DNA from: an uncultured virus (IMG/VR IMGVR_UViG_3300039099_000002)
Lineage: Duplodnaviria; Heunggongvirae; Uroviricota; Caudoviricetes
Length of the DNA: 64,000 nt
IMG/VR virus record: IMGVR_UViG_3300039099_000002
Reading direction: 5' to 3' (one strand)
The notes below the pieces were generated by a model that made no database searches, was not told where the DNA came from, and saw only the letters and a list, made by a program, of their open reading frames with translations. The translations under genes were made by a program, and so were the position numbers. This document shows positions 29,151 through 38,978 of this stretch, in pieces. How positions within the stretch are numbered: position 1 is the stretch's first letter; each line of letters begins with the position of its first letter.

Positions 29151-29826
29151 ACGAGCGCAGGGTTAAATAAACCCTGATATAGTCCTCCCCTGTAAGCTCA
29201 TAAAAATATGTTTGCACTTCTGCCCAGTTTGTAGGCTTGCCATTAATCTTTGTGACTGTTTGGCAAGCAAGCTTTAGATATTGCTCAACGCTAGTTATCG
29301 CAGTAGTAGAACTGACTTTTTCTATTTGCTCAATATCTTTGTTGAGTACCTGGCGAAAAACCACGGTGTCCCCATTTGTAAGCTTGACCTCTTTAGGGAT
29401 AAATCTATCTCCGGCTTCGTTTTCTGTTGCCTCTTCTTCGACATCCATGCTGCAATTGCCTGACTCAATATAGGTTACATTTAGTAGTTTCATGAAAAAC
29501 TCTGACAGCTTCGAGTCATCCCCACTGCGAATCTCGGACGGTATTTTCTTTGCTTTTCCCCAAGAAAGGCAGCATCTTTTACCGATTTCTCTATAAAAAA
29601 TAGCCGTAGTCATTCCAGTGCCAGACTCTGTTCTAGATATAGCCCCTGGCAATTTTTCTGCTGCTATTAAATCAACGGCGTTAGGCTTCTTAAAAACCGC
29701 GTCCAGTCCACTTGATAATTGAAATTTTAACAACTCAATGTTGGGAGCAGTGGCTTTATTTTTTTCAGAAATGTTTGTCGCCACTATTTCTTGCTCGTTG
29801 TCGTTTACTTCTGTAATCTTCGCCAT
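29146..29826 (-). CDS. tail assembly chaperone (gpG-like)
   Basis: Between tube and tape measure; two similar halves (LSSGLDAVFKKP..DL / LTNGDTVVFRQV..DI). Confidence 0.6.
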   Translation of the reverse strand: MAKITEVNDNEQEIVATNISEKNKATAPNIELLKFQLSSGLDAVFKKPNAVDLIAAEKLPGAISRTESGTGMTTAIFYREIGKRCCLSWGKAKKIPSEIRSGDDSKLSEFFMKLLNVTYIESGNCSMDVEEEATENEAGDRFIPKEVKLTNGDTVVFRQVLNKDIEQIEKVSSTTAITSVEQYLKLACQTVTKINGKPTNWAEVQTYFYELTGEDYIRVYLTLRSF

Positions 29827-29903
29827 ATATTTAAAGGATGTTGTGTATTAAAATTATTTTATCACTAAGTTTTAACAAAAATGTCAAACACTACTTGCAG
29901 TGC

Positions 29904-30035
29904 CTAATTTTTCTTTGTTTTGTTGGCTACCAATTTCTCTTGCTTTTGTTTGACCGTTGGGGTAAAATTTTGCTCCGCTTCATAAAGACTTTGCAAAAAA
30001 GAATTAATTTCTATTGATTTATTCTGGTTTTTCAT
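29904..30035 (-). CDS. 43-aa ORF coupled to the restored stop of effector A (candidate partner)
   Basis: MKNQNKSIEINSFLQSLYEAEQ...; ATGA overlap at 30032-30035. Confidence 0.4.
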   Translation of the reverse strand: MKNQNKSIEINSFLQSLYEAEQNFTPTVKQKQEKLVANKTKKN

Positions 30036-30076
30036 TGAGTTTTCTCTGTTTTTTTAAGTAAATTTTCTGCGGATTC

Positions 30077-30239
30077 ACCTGAGTTCGACCTAAATTAAAA
30101 AGCTCAAAGTGAGTAATAGTAAGACTTTTCTCAATAATTAGTAATTATTGAGAATAAAATTTCTTTGGCTAAAAGTCTCTAACTCTCTAACTCTCTTCCC
30201 ACTTGCTTTCTAGCGGATTTTCTTACGTCGAACTCAGGT
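30077..30239. mobile_element. ~163-bp MITE with terminal inverted repeats
   Basis: CACCTGAGTTCGAC (30076-30089) / GTCGAACTCAGGTG (30227-30240); removal restores the effector A frame. Confidence 0.7.
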
Positions 30240-31847
30240 GGTTGCAGGTTTAGTTACAGGGTCAACCTCTTTTAAGTGTATTTCATACCCGCTATCAGAT
30301 TTTTTAAAGCTAGTCACATTAAAATTGGTGCCTGGTCTGAATAAAACCTCTTTTTCTTGCCTACTATCTGAAATATTTGATATATCTTTCCCTGTTTTAG
30401 ATTCAATTACATACTGCAATTCTCCTCTAAACTTGCGATCGCCGGAACTAGATGTACTTGTGAAACTTTTTTCTGTAATTATACTACCGGGTTTGTACGT
30501 ATTTTCTATATCTGAGTTACTCATATTTTTTGGCATTTTAGTCCCTCGAAGAACTGTGCCAATAAAATCAGGCAATTTATTGAGTGCGGATGTCGTCATC
30601 CTGATGTCGGCAATCGTGTCATTTTCTAGCTGATGCTTAGATCTATATTCTCCAGCAGATTTCATAATGTCTATTTTATAAATAGCCTCAGAATCTTCGT
30701 TATTTCGCAAATACGTGTTCATGTGATCAAAGCTTGTTTGCGTGTAAACTTTTAAAGAGGCTAATTCAGCTTTTGTCATGTTGGGGTATTGTTTCTGTAA
30801 GTCATCAGAAACACTACTTAGCGCAACCACTCTCCTGCTGTTTGGCTGAGACAGAAGCCTACCTTCATACTCCTTTGATTCCATGTCTGATACTTTATAC
30901 AATCTGTAATCAGACGGCAATGAGATGTTTTTATCAGACTTTTCGTAGGCATCAAGTCTATCTTGTTTGTCCGATATTTCTTTTATTTTCCTGGTTGCAT
31001 ATTTGCTGTTTGGATTATTTTTTAACTTTTCTTTATTTTCTGATAATTCAGAATTTAATTCTTTTCTTGCTTTGTCTATATTATCCTTAAACAATTTTTT
31101 ATCTTCGTCATTTTCTGGTTGTAACAACTTCTCACCTCTACCTGTTTTCCTAAGTAAATTTACTGTTGCTTTAGATTTAGTTGCAGGTTTAGTTGCGGGG
31201 TTAGTTGCGGGGTTAGTTGCAGGTTTAGTTGCAGGTTTAGTTGTGGGTTTAATTGCAGGTTTAGTTGCGGGTTTAGTTGCGGGTTTAGTTGCGGGTTTAG
31301 TTACGGCTTTTTCTAAGTCTTTAAATAAATCAGATTCGGCACTAGCATTTTTTGCTAACCACTGCATATATTGTGAGTGAGTTGGATTCAACTCATTGTT
31401 ACAATTTTTCTTTGATTTAGACAGACAAGCATAACCATTTTGCCCCTTACAAGACCACCCGACTGTGCAATTCATTTGCTTTTGAGCAAAACTGAAGAAT
31501 TCTATTGGAAGATAATTAGTTTTGTTTATGTTGCCAAAAGATAGTGATCTTACAGCAAGATATATTTTCTCTATATCGTCGTCAATTATTTCTAGGTTTT
31601 GTGGCGTTAATACTATGTTGCTCCCATTGATTAAAAAATCTATTTTTAATCGCCTGTTCCCTACTCTTGGAGAGTGAAAATATCCAGAAATATTTGGCAA
31701 TTCTATATGGGTTATATTTAAATTCTCAATTACGCCCCCATAATTTTCATCTACTATATCAAAAACCAAAGCAGACACAAATGGTGTCAAACCATCTGTG
31801 TCTAAGTTTTTAAATTTTTCTTCAAGATGCTTACTTGAAAATATCAC
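30234..31847 (-). CDS. polymorphic effector A: shared N-domain + (KPAT)n + VIP2/C3-like ADP-ribosyltransferase
   Basis: YT...MNTYLR, SALNKLP, VLRG, SFTSTS, QEKEVLF (R-STS-ExE); true start uncertain. Confidence 0.85.
   Translation of the reverse strand: MIFSSKHLEEKFKNLDTDGLTPFVSALVFDIVDENYGGVIENLNITHIELPNISGYFHSPRVGNRRLKIDFLINGSNIVLTPQNLEIIDDDIEKIYLAVRSLSFGNINKTNYLPIEFFSFAQKQMNCTVGWSCKGQNGYACLSKSKKNCNNELNPTHSQYMQWLAKNASAESDLFKDLEKAVTKPATKPATKPATKPAIKPTTKPATKPATNPATNPATKPATKSKATVNLLRKTGRGEKLLQPENDEDKKLFKDNIDKARKELNSELSENKEKLKNNPNSKYATRKIKEISDKQDRLDAYEKSDKNISLPSDYRLYKVSDMESKEYEGRLLSQPNSRRVVALSSVSDDLQKQYPNMTKAELASLKVYTQTSFDHMNTYLRNNEDSEAIYKIDIMKSAGEYRSKHQLENDTIADIRMTTSALNKLPDFIGTVLRGTKMPKNMSNSDIENTYKPGSIITEKSFTSTSSSGDRKFRGELQYVIESKTGKDISNISDSRQEKEVLFRPGTNFNVTSFKKSDSGYEIHLKEVDPVTKPATT
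31177..31305. repeat. 12-bp intragenic tandem repeat (KPAT)
   Basis: About 10 copies of TTAGTTGC(A/G)GG(T/G). Confidence 0.9.
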
Positions 31848-31863
31848 AAGAACTCCTGGTAAG

Positions 31864-31921
31864 TATGAAACTCAGTCACTTTAGTGCCGAGAGGGAAACG
31901 ACACGCGCGGTTTTAACCGCA
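31864..31921 (+). mobile_element. isolated IS200/IS605-like left-end remnant
   Basis: GAAACTCAGTCACTTTAGTGCCGAGAGGGAAACGACACGCGCGGTTTTAACCGC, same layout as 61700-61755. Confidence 0.5.
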
Positions 31922-31930
31922 TTGATTTAC

Positions 31931-32347
31931 TTATAAATCTCCAACAGCAAACTCAAGTTCAAGCATTGCCACTCCGCTACCACTACCACGCTTAACATCT
32001 GGGCGCTTAATTTTAGAAAGAATGCAGCCTTTGTAAACAACTGGTGGACCATAATTTTCTACGTCTGGGCAGTTTTTTACCGCTTGAACAACAATCGAAA
32101 ATGGATCTTGACAGCTGCTTTCAATTTCCTCAATCAAAATTTCATGATCAGCGGCATCGTATGGTAAACGCAAAACCAAGTCACTAATCATTCGCCTTCC
32201 GGTGGTGAAATAGCTTTTGTCCTTTAGTGCGTCTGGATATTTTGCTGTTTCCCTCGACACCTCCCCCCCGCTCTTTTCTGTGACTGCTAACTGGAGGAAT
32301 GGTCCCCCTATTTGAACAATAAAATCTGACTCATTTTGAATTGACAT
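31931..32347 (-). CDS. tail tube protein
   Basis: 138 aa directly after sheath; SGGE, YKGCIL, MLELEF pattern. Confidence 0.8.
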   Translation of the reverse strand: MSIQNESDFIVQIGGPFLQLAVTEKSGGEVSRETAKYPDALKDKSYFTTGRRMISDLVLRLPYDAADHEILIEEIESSCQDPFSIVVQAVKNCPDVENYGPPVVYKGCILSKIKRPDVKRGSGSGVAMLELEFAVGDL

Positions 32348-32361
32348 AAAAATTACCGAAA

Positions 32362-33840
32362 TTATAGAGTTTGTAAAATAGCCTGGGCAATACCACCAAT
32401 TTTCACACGGTAAGCAACAGCATCTATTTGTCTCACCGTGCTTGCTGGAACTATGTAAATTAACGCAGTCACAACACCTCTTTCAAGTGCTTCAGAAGTT
32501 TGAATACCCGCATCACATCGGCAATTATAGGCATCTCTTGCTGTTAATCCATATAATGCACCAGCATTATAAAAAGTGTCAAGGATGTCTATTATTATGT
32601 TTCGGAGCGTTAAATAAAACGCTCCAGCACCACCATTAGCCCTAAGTAGCGTATTACTGTTTTCTATGGTGTCAAAAATTGTTCTTTCAATGCAAGAAAA
32701 AATAACGCGGTGGTTTATAAATCGAAAATCTGTATTTAATGAAAGTGTTTTTACATCATAGGGGACGTAACCAAATCCTCTGCGAAATATACACGGATTA
32801 ACGCGAATATCTGCCATAAAATCTCTTTGTGGGTCTGACAACTTAAATGCCGCACCAGAAACATTTACAAACGGGTATGAATTCCCGGCAGGTGGGTGTT
32901 GTATCCCCTCTTTCTCAAATCTTTGCAAGGCATATCCAGCGGTCATAGCGGCTAAACTGACGTGGTTGTCATTTAGGTCTATCAACCAAGGATAGTACGC
33001 TGCGGTATTCCCAGTGGGAGACGTAACGTTTTCAAATTCTGCGGTTAATTGGCTTGGTCTAGTCACAATATCTGGAGAGCCAGCATCAATAAACGCCATC
33101 CAACCCAAATTACGGGCTGCAACCTCCATAGAATTAGCGACTATATTTCTTTGGGGTAAACTTTCTATGTTATAAAATGCTTCTGGGCAGACCAGAAAGC
33201 CTTGTCTTTCGTTTTTATACGAGTTTGCAATTCTTTGTGTCGCCCCAACATAATCCCAATAATTTATATTCGTGGTTGAGGGAAGAGATGGAGACGTATA
33301 CTCAGACAGATCGGTAATTGTAAATATTTGTTCATTTATTGATCTGACAATGAATGAACTATCTGAATAATCGTTAGCACCAAGCGAATCTTTTAAATGA
33401 TGCCCCATTACTTCATTATTGATGGCATAACTATTGTTTATGGCATCAATAAAATAGTCAATTATTTTATCAATTGTGTCGGTTTCAGTCGCGGTTCTTG
33501 TAAATGTAATGTCTCCAATCTTAAAGCTGTATATTGTGCCAGTAGTTTTGGCACTAAGAGTAACTTCTGATGTGTAAGCAACTGGAACTTTTACAAAAAA
33601 CAACCCCAACTTTGTATTTTGTAAATATGTGTTAATTGTGTTCTTGGTAACTGTTTCACTGTTGCCAAAGTAATTTATAAAATCATCGTAACTTCCTAAC
33701 TGAAAAGGCTCTAAAGTCCCCTGTGTTGAAGTTCCAAGAAGGTATGTGCGCTGAAATAAGGCCGTACTAATTGGCGGGGTCCCAGCACTTTGTTCGGATA
33801 TATATACACCTGGACGCGAAGGTAAAACTCTGATAGACAT
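32362..33840 (-). CDS. tail sheath protein
   Basis: N-terminal RPGVYISE, AAYYPWL, HPPAG, VNP, FRFINHRVI. Confidence 0.92.
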   Translation of the reverse strand: MSIRVLPSRPGVYISEQSAGTPPISTALFQRTYLLGTSTQGTLEPFQLGSYDDFINYFGNSETVTKNTINTYLQNTKLGLFFVKVPVAYTSEVTLSAKTTGTIYSFKIGDITFTRTATETDTIDKIIDYFIDAINNSYAINNEVMGHHLKDSLGANDYSDSSFIVRSINEQIFTITDLSEYTSPSLPSTTNINYWDYVGATQRIANSYKNERQGFLVCPEAFYNIESLPQRNIVANSMEVAARNLGWMAFIDAGSPDIVTRPSQLTAEFENVTSPTGNTAAYYPWLIDLNDNHVSLAAMTAGYALQRFEKEGIQHPPAGNSYPFVNVSGAAFKLSDPQRDFMADIRVNPCIFRRGFGYVPYDVKTLSLNTDFRFINHRVIFSCIERTIFDTIENSNTLLRANGGAGAFYLTLRNIIIDILDTFYNAGALYGLTARDAYNCRCDAGIQTSEALERGVVTALIYIVPASTVRQIDAVAYRVKIGGIAQAILQTL

Positions 33841-33872
33841 TTTATTTATTTCCTTTTCGTGGCGATTTAATA

Positions 33873-34484
33873 TTAGCCATGCCCTATGTGAATTTCAGGG
33901 ACAATTTGTGTAAAACTAATGGAATTTTCTGGACTTCCTATATCGTTTACTGGATTTCCAGGATCTGCATAATAATTATTGTATGTCCAGTCCAAATTAA
34001 AAGGAGTTAAGTCAACCTGTTCAATTCTAGAGTGAGGAACAGTAATGGTTAAATCAAGTCTGTATTGATATTTTCCCTCTGCATATCTTTCAAATCTATC
34101 CTTTATTGGGTCAAAACACTTAACAATATCTGCGAATCCATTTACACAGCTTGTAGAATTTGAGTCAACTTTTATTTTTGGTCGCCACCCAGTCAATAAT
34201 GCGATCGCATTATTGTGTAATGTCAACGCCCTTTCATGATTTTGCAAACTAACAACTTCAGTCATTACATGAAACAGCATTTTTCTATTATAACTTTTTG
34301 CCGTTAAATCGTTTGCATTTGCTATTGCATCATAATCAGAATCAACATACCTAACCCAGAGTTCTGTTTTGTTTACTGGAGCGTTAGCGTTTTCAGCAGG
34401 GGTTCTCCTAATTCTGACAGGTAAATTAAAAGCCCTTAGTCTTTTTTCTATTTCAAATTCTACAAGCAATGGATTTATCAGCAT
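33873..34484 (-). CDS. tail terminator/completion protein (Mu gp37-like)
   Basis: Position before sheath; LTGWRP motif. Confidence 0.65.
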   Translation of the reverse strand: MLINPLLVEFEIEKRLRAFNLPVRIRRTPAENANAPVNKTELWVRYVDSDYDAIANANDLTAKSYNRKMLFHVMTEVVSLQNHERALTLHNNAIALLTGWRPKIKVDSNSTSCVNGFADIVKCFDPIKDRFERYAEGKYQYRLDLTITVPHSRIEQVDLTPFNLDWTYNNYYADPGNPVNDIGSPENSISFTQIVPEIHIGHG

Positions 34485-34489
34485 TATTT

Positions 34490-34924
34490 TTAAAAACCAT
34501 AAAATATTCGAGATTCAAAATAATTTGGCTGAGGAATAAAAACGGCAACGGCAGATGATGGGCTACCAGCATCGACTTTTGGCAACGAAACAATCCCTTT
34601 TGAGTAGTTTTTAAGCCACTCAAGAACATCTTTATAGTCTCTGTATCTAGGATCGTTTTCTTCCCAAGAATATGAATTTAGATTTTTTCTCGCTATTATT
34701 ATTTCAATATCTCGTAATCTACCAGATACATCAATAAAAGGGAATACTTCACCCCTTGCTGCTAAATATGAATTAATCTCTCCCTGTGCTTTATCAAGAG
34801 CAAGCTGAATTCTTTGTGTGTCTAAATTTGGCGAAGACGTAGAGAATCCATCTAGGTTACTTAATTCTTGTGATTCAGTAGGAGGAAATGAAGCTATAAA
34901 CTCTTGTGGGGTGGCGTATGACAT
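34490..34924 (-). CDS. head-tail adaptor (Mu gp36/DUF1320-like)
   Basis: MSYAT, ALDKAQGEINSYL, IARKNL, YKDVLEWLK...G. Confidence 0.85.
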   Translation of the reverse strand: MSYATPQEFIASFPPTESQELSNLDGFSTSSPNLDTQRIQLALDKAQGEINSYLAARGEVFPFIDVSGRLRDIEIIIARKNLNSYSWEENDPRYRDYKDVLEWLKNYSKGIVSLPKVDAGSPSSAVAVFIPQPNYFESRIFYGF

Positions 34925-34956
34925 TTTTTTAATGCCACTCTAAAGTGGCATTGCTA

Positions 34957-35412
34957 CTAAGCTGTTGCGCTGCGATTTCTTTTTCCGACTGCTTCCGTTT
35001 TGACAACTGGATCAATCCCAAGAGACAAACCAAGATCAGGCTCGTTTATATCTGAAATAACAGGGGGGATTGTAGGTGCTTCGGGAGTTTCGGGTTTAGA
35101 AACAACAGTTGGGATTGTCGGTATTTCGGGTTTAGAAACAACAGTTGGGATTGTCGGTATTTCAGGTTTAGAAACAACAGTTGGGATTGTCGGTATTTCA
35201 GGTTTAGAAACAACAGTTGGGAGAGTAGCAGGAAGTAGTCCATTTTCTTGTAAAAACGAGAATGAAACTTCACCTTGCTCAACTCGTACAACACTGCCAA
35301 CGCCAGCAATACCCTCCATTTCTTTTGGCGAAGCGAAAATAAAGTCACCGACGTTTTTCTGTTTGCCGTCGTGTATCACTCGTCCACGAACTACTTTATA
35401 GAATTGAGACAT
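34957..35412 (-). CDS. small head-associated protein with 36-bp repeats
   Basis: VIHDGK...VGD N-terminus; (PTVVSKPEIPTI)x4; follows capsid gene. Confidence 0.6.
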   Translation of the reverse strand: MSQFYKVVRGRVIHDGKQKNVGDFIFASPKEMEGIAGVGSVVRVEQGEVSFSFLQENGLLPATLPTVVSKPEIPTIPTVVSKPEIPTIPTVVSKPEIPTIPTVVSKPETPEAPTIPPVISDINEPDLGLSLGIDPVVKTEAVGKRNRSATA

Positions 35413-35449
35413 AATACTCCAATAATTTTGCTAATTAGCAGCGGATTGA

Positions 35450-36424
35450 TTACGCTACGTTTTGAATTAAGTAGCCATAAGCTGGTTCAGCAACTACTTC
35501 TTCGAGTTGCTCACCCATTCTTACGACATAACCACCTTCAAGCCCAACACTCTTGTCAAAATAAACGCCAGACACCGCACCAGTATAAGCAGTAAAACCG
35601 AAAGTTCTGGAATATGGTAACTTAACAGTTTCATTTCTTAGGAGAGCGATGTTGTTCCCCCACATCCGACGCAAATTCACACTTCCTCTGGACGAGGAAC
35701 CAGTATTTATGAATGCTGCCCCTATTCCCACCTTTTTAATTTGTGGAAACAAAGAACTTAAATAACTTGCTGGGATAATACCACCCTGCTTACTGCCTAA
35801 TCCAGAACTGGCTTGGTAACTTGCAACTATTTGAGGATGAGTCAACAAAGCAGTTGCAGCACCACGCCCAATTATCATAGTGTTTGCAGTGGCAAGCATC
35901 CCATCTAAGGCACCAGTTATTACAGAAATAGGATCGCTATTTACTTTGTCTGTAAATTGCGAAGTCCCGGAAAGTGCAACAACTTGAGATGGGGAATAGG
36001 TGTTGGGATTAAATGCAATTCTGGCTGCTCGTTGTTCACGATCCATTTTCACCAACCGCATCAGTTGTTCTCCAACTGGTCCAGTCGTGACCCCATTTGA
36101 GTTTTCATACTCTTTCTTGGGAATAGCATCCTCAAGACCGTAATCTTTGGTGGTGCTGGTAACAACGTCATAACCAAATTCAATCCTATTCACTGTACCA
36201 AGTCTAGAAACTTCTGTGCTAGGCACATCAAAAGCATCGGAAATTCTATATTTTTGGTACTCGTAATCTTTTTTTCCTTTCAAATCAACTGTTGGGAAAA
36301 CAAGTTCATGAATAAGTTCTTCACCGTCATCTTCACCAGGAACATAGCCGATTGCGATCGCTTGCAATCGGCTGTCTGGGCTATAATTTCCTGGTAATAC
36401 GATCTGTCCTGGGGAAATGGCCAT
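35450..36424 (-). CDS. major capsid protein
   Basis: 324 aa after protease and decoration genes; LQAIAIGY, SDPI, TFGFTA, GYLIQN end. Confidence 0.85.
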   Translation of the reverse strand: MAISPGQIVLPGNYSPDSRLQAIAIGYVPGEDDGEELIHELVFPTVDLKGKKDYEYQKYRISDAFDVPSTEVSRLGTVNRIEFGYDVVTSTTKDYGLEDAIPKKEYENSNGVTTGPVGEQLMRLVKMDREQRAARIAFNPNTYSPSQVVALSGTSQFTDKVNSDPISVITGALDGMLATANTMIIGRGAATALLTHPQIVASYQASSGLGSKQGGIIPASYLSSLFPQIKKVGIGAAFINTGSSSRGSVNLRRMWGNNIALLRNETVKLPYSRTFGFTAYTGAVSGVYFDKSVGLEGGYVVRMGEQLEEVVAEPAYGYLIQNVA

Positions 36425-36483
36425 AAATTTAATCCTTGGTAAATAAATAGAAAATTAGAAAAAGATGAAAGCGTCTTTAAATT

Positions 36484-37287
36484 TTAGACGTAACCTTTCT
36501 TGAAGTTGGTGACAAGCCACTTCCCAACAACAGAACTGTATCTTGCAGATATAAAATCTGTAGCGTTTGCTGCGGTAGACAACGTTGTGTTTGCAATATC
36601 AGCACCAAGTGTAAACCCACCAGCACCAGTTGGCAGTGTAAGAGTTCTTGATCCTGTTGCATCTTGCTTGACAAAGAGCCTGATTTCTGCCCCGTTTATG
36701 GGGTTTGCAGGGACACCTAAAGTTCTATTCCCAGCAAGAATAACATTGAAATCAGAGGCAACAGCAGAGTCAATGACAATCGTTGCAGCATCAATGAGAG
36801 TTGAAGGAACTGATGCGTTAGTGTATGCAGAACCAGCCGCAACTATAATACTGCCAAGTGACCCAACAGTTCCGCCTGTTGTTGCGACACCAACAACGCT
36901 TGCACCATAATATGCAGGAACTGCTCTACCTAAAGCATCTGAAGTTACCCACTGTCCAATTGTGACGGTGCTACCAAATTCGACAGGCGCAACACCACCA
37001 CACACAACATCAATCATGTCCCCAATTATTGCATCTGGCGGAGCATCACCACGTATGCTAATATCTCCAGGTGTGCTACTTGGAACAAAATCACTCTGTG
37101 AGTTATATTGATATCGTCTGTACGATCTACCCATAAAATAAGAAACACCAACCAACACATCTCTTGCAGATGTTGCCTGTAAAACAGCAGACTGATTCGC
37201 AGGGTCAAGCTTAAGAATACGATTTGGGGTTATTGCGCCACTAGCTCGGCGACTAATAATTATGCTGTCAATTCTATCTGCTGCCAT
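36484..37287 (-). CDS. capsid decoration protein (DUF2190-like) with C-terminal extension
   Basis: GAITPNRI, DVVCGGVAPVE, GQWVTSDALGRAV; extension with KQDATGSRTL motif. Confidence 0.7.
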   Translation of the reverse strand: MAADRIDSIIISRRASGAITPNRILKLDPANQSAVLQATSARDVLVGVSYFMGRSYRRYQYNSQSDFVPSSTPGDISIRGDAPPDAIIGDMIDVVCGGVAPVEFGSTVTIGQWVTSDALGRAVPAYYGASVVGVATTGGTVGSLGSIIVAAGSAYTNASVPSTLIDAATIVIDSAVASDFNVILAGNRTLGVPANPINGAEIRLFVKQDATGSRTLTLPTGAGGFTLGADIANTTLSTAANATDFISARYSSVVGKWLVTNFKKGYV

Positions 37288-37355
37288 AATTTTCAACCAA
37301 ATTAAATAAATTTTCAACAAGACGAGAGGACAAGAAACACTATGCCAAAATCTTT

Positions 37356-38978
37356 TTATTCTTCTGACTCCGGCATTTCTCCACCAGCAACCTTATCAAT
37401 AGCCTCGTGCAACGAGATTGTTTTACCTCTCTTCTTGTATTGCTCTTTTAGTTGTCGAGCTTTTGCAGAAAGTTCTGCCTCAGAATAATTCCGAGGAACA
37501 ATATCTTCGCTGTCAATCACAACACTTGGCTCTGGTGTCCAAACTGCTTGGCGATTTTGAATATTTTTCTTGAATTTTTCAATGATAGGCAGAACAGCGT
37601 TTTCGCTAAATTCAATAGGCTCTTTTTCTTGAGATTCAAGCAAGCTTAAAACAAATGCTTTTTCTTCTTCTAATTGTGCTGGCAAAATCCTATGGTGTAC
37701 GTTGCACTGAGTCTCCATAAAATTCATTAAACTGCGAACATAGTTCTTTCTTTTTTCTTGATCTCGCTCTAACTTTAGAGCAGCAACAGTAGATTCTAAA
37801 GCTCCGGTTTGAGTTGTCATTTCTTTGCTATATCCTAAAGTTTCAGATGGACTTGGGGCTACATAAGGGTGATAATAACCACTAGACAAATTGTCGTTAA
37901 TATCTGGCTGATAATTATTGACTTCGTTTTGTTTAGCTTCAGTTATTGTGAATAAACTTGATACTAACTCTATTAAAGATTCTACACGATTATTTAGTTG
38001 TTCAAACGATTGATCTACTATATCAACCAAAGACTCAAAATCAGAGTTCAAAGAGTCTAATCCTCCCTTAACTCCTATTATCTGACTCATTGAATACTTT
38101 AATCCGTTAGATATAGCAGCGACTTTTTCTGTGTGGTCAACCAATATCGAGTACACATCAGAAATAGCCCCAGAATCAATCACAGGAGGTGGAGAATCTT
38201 CTGGATCTTCACCCAAGGAATCTTCCTCCCTGAATTCTTCATCCTCGCTAGATTCTTCATCCTCAGAAAGAGCAACAGACAAAGAGTCAATCAAAAGCCT
38301 TGGTAAATATTTGTCAGCCTCATCTATACCCATTCTCTCAATTAAAAGCTCTCTCTGCCTGGTCATTAAATTCACTAAAGGGGTGAAAGATAAATCAAGT
38401 TTGTCACAGGCGCAGTTATAGTCAAGCGTCTCCTCTTCGCATGGTTCATAGGAATGCTCCGCAAAATTAGAAAAACTCAAAAGATCCGAGTCTTCGCTAA
38501 ACTCAAGAGGCATCCCCTTGACTGCTGGTGGTTCACTACCAAGACCTGCAACGTGCCTCAAGCTAAGTTTGCCTGGAGTGGGATTAAATGGGTTGTTTTC
38601 TGGATAAAAACTGGCAGACACAGCCAAGATTTTATGCTCTTTGACCATTTCAACAAATTCTGGTGCGATATTTTTAAAATGAGCTACAAGTCTCTGCCCA
38701 TTTAAAGATAATTTTTCAGGATATCCAAACGCAAACGGAGATTTTACTAGCTCTCTGTCGCTATATCCCATAGGGGAATGCGGGTCTTCAGCGTAGTAGT
38801 TAAATATAAGCGGAGCTTTGAAGTATGTCGGATCATAAGAGTCAACGACATCTTGCAGCTCGCCTCGTGAATAATTCCTAGAGATGTGATTCCCGGATAA
38901 GTGTGAACCGGACTCAAATATCTCTATTTGATATTCTTCTTGTTGCGCTTTTTTATCTAATGTTTGTGAGGTTTGCAT
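37356..38978 (-). CDS. prohead protease/scaffold (Mu gpI-like)
   Basis: IEIFESGSH, YDP..FKAPL, VSASFYP..NP.NP.PGK..LRHVAGLGSEPPAVKGM; coiled-coil C-half. Confidence 0.88.
   Translation of the reverse strand: MQTSQTLDKKAQQEEYQIEIFESGSHLSGNHISRNYSRGELQDVVDSYDPTYFKAPLIFNYYAEDPHSPMGYSDRELVKSPFAFGYPEKLSLNGQRLVAHFKNIAPEFVEMVKEHKILAVSASFYPENNPFNPTPGKLSLRHVAGLGSEPPAVKGMPLEFSEDSDLLSFSNFAEHSYEPCEEETLDYNCACDKLDLSFTPLVNLMTRQRELLIERMGIDEADKYLPRLLIDSLSVALSEDEESSEDEEFREEDSLGEDPEDSPPPVIDSGAISDVYSILVDHTEKVAAISNGLKYSMSQIIGVKGGLDSLNSDFESLVDIVDQSFEQLNNRVESLIELVSSLFTITEAKQNEVNNYQPDINDNLSSGYYHPYVAPSPSETLGYSKEMTTQTGALESTVAALKLERDQEKRKNYVRSLMNFMETQCNVHHRILPAQLEEEKAFVLSLLESQEKEPIEFSENAVLPIIEKFKKNIQNRQAVWTPEPSVVIDSEDIVPRNYSEAELSAKARQLKEQYKKRGKTISLHEAIDKVAGGEMPESEE

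Noticed and set aside
15583..31847. Diversity-generating retroelement
   Set aside because: No reverse transcriptase in the window; paralog differences are not adenine-specific
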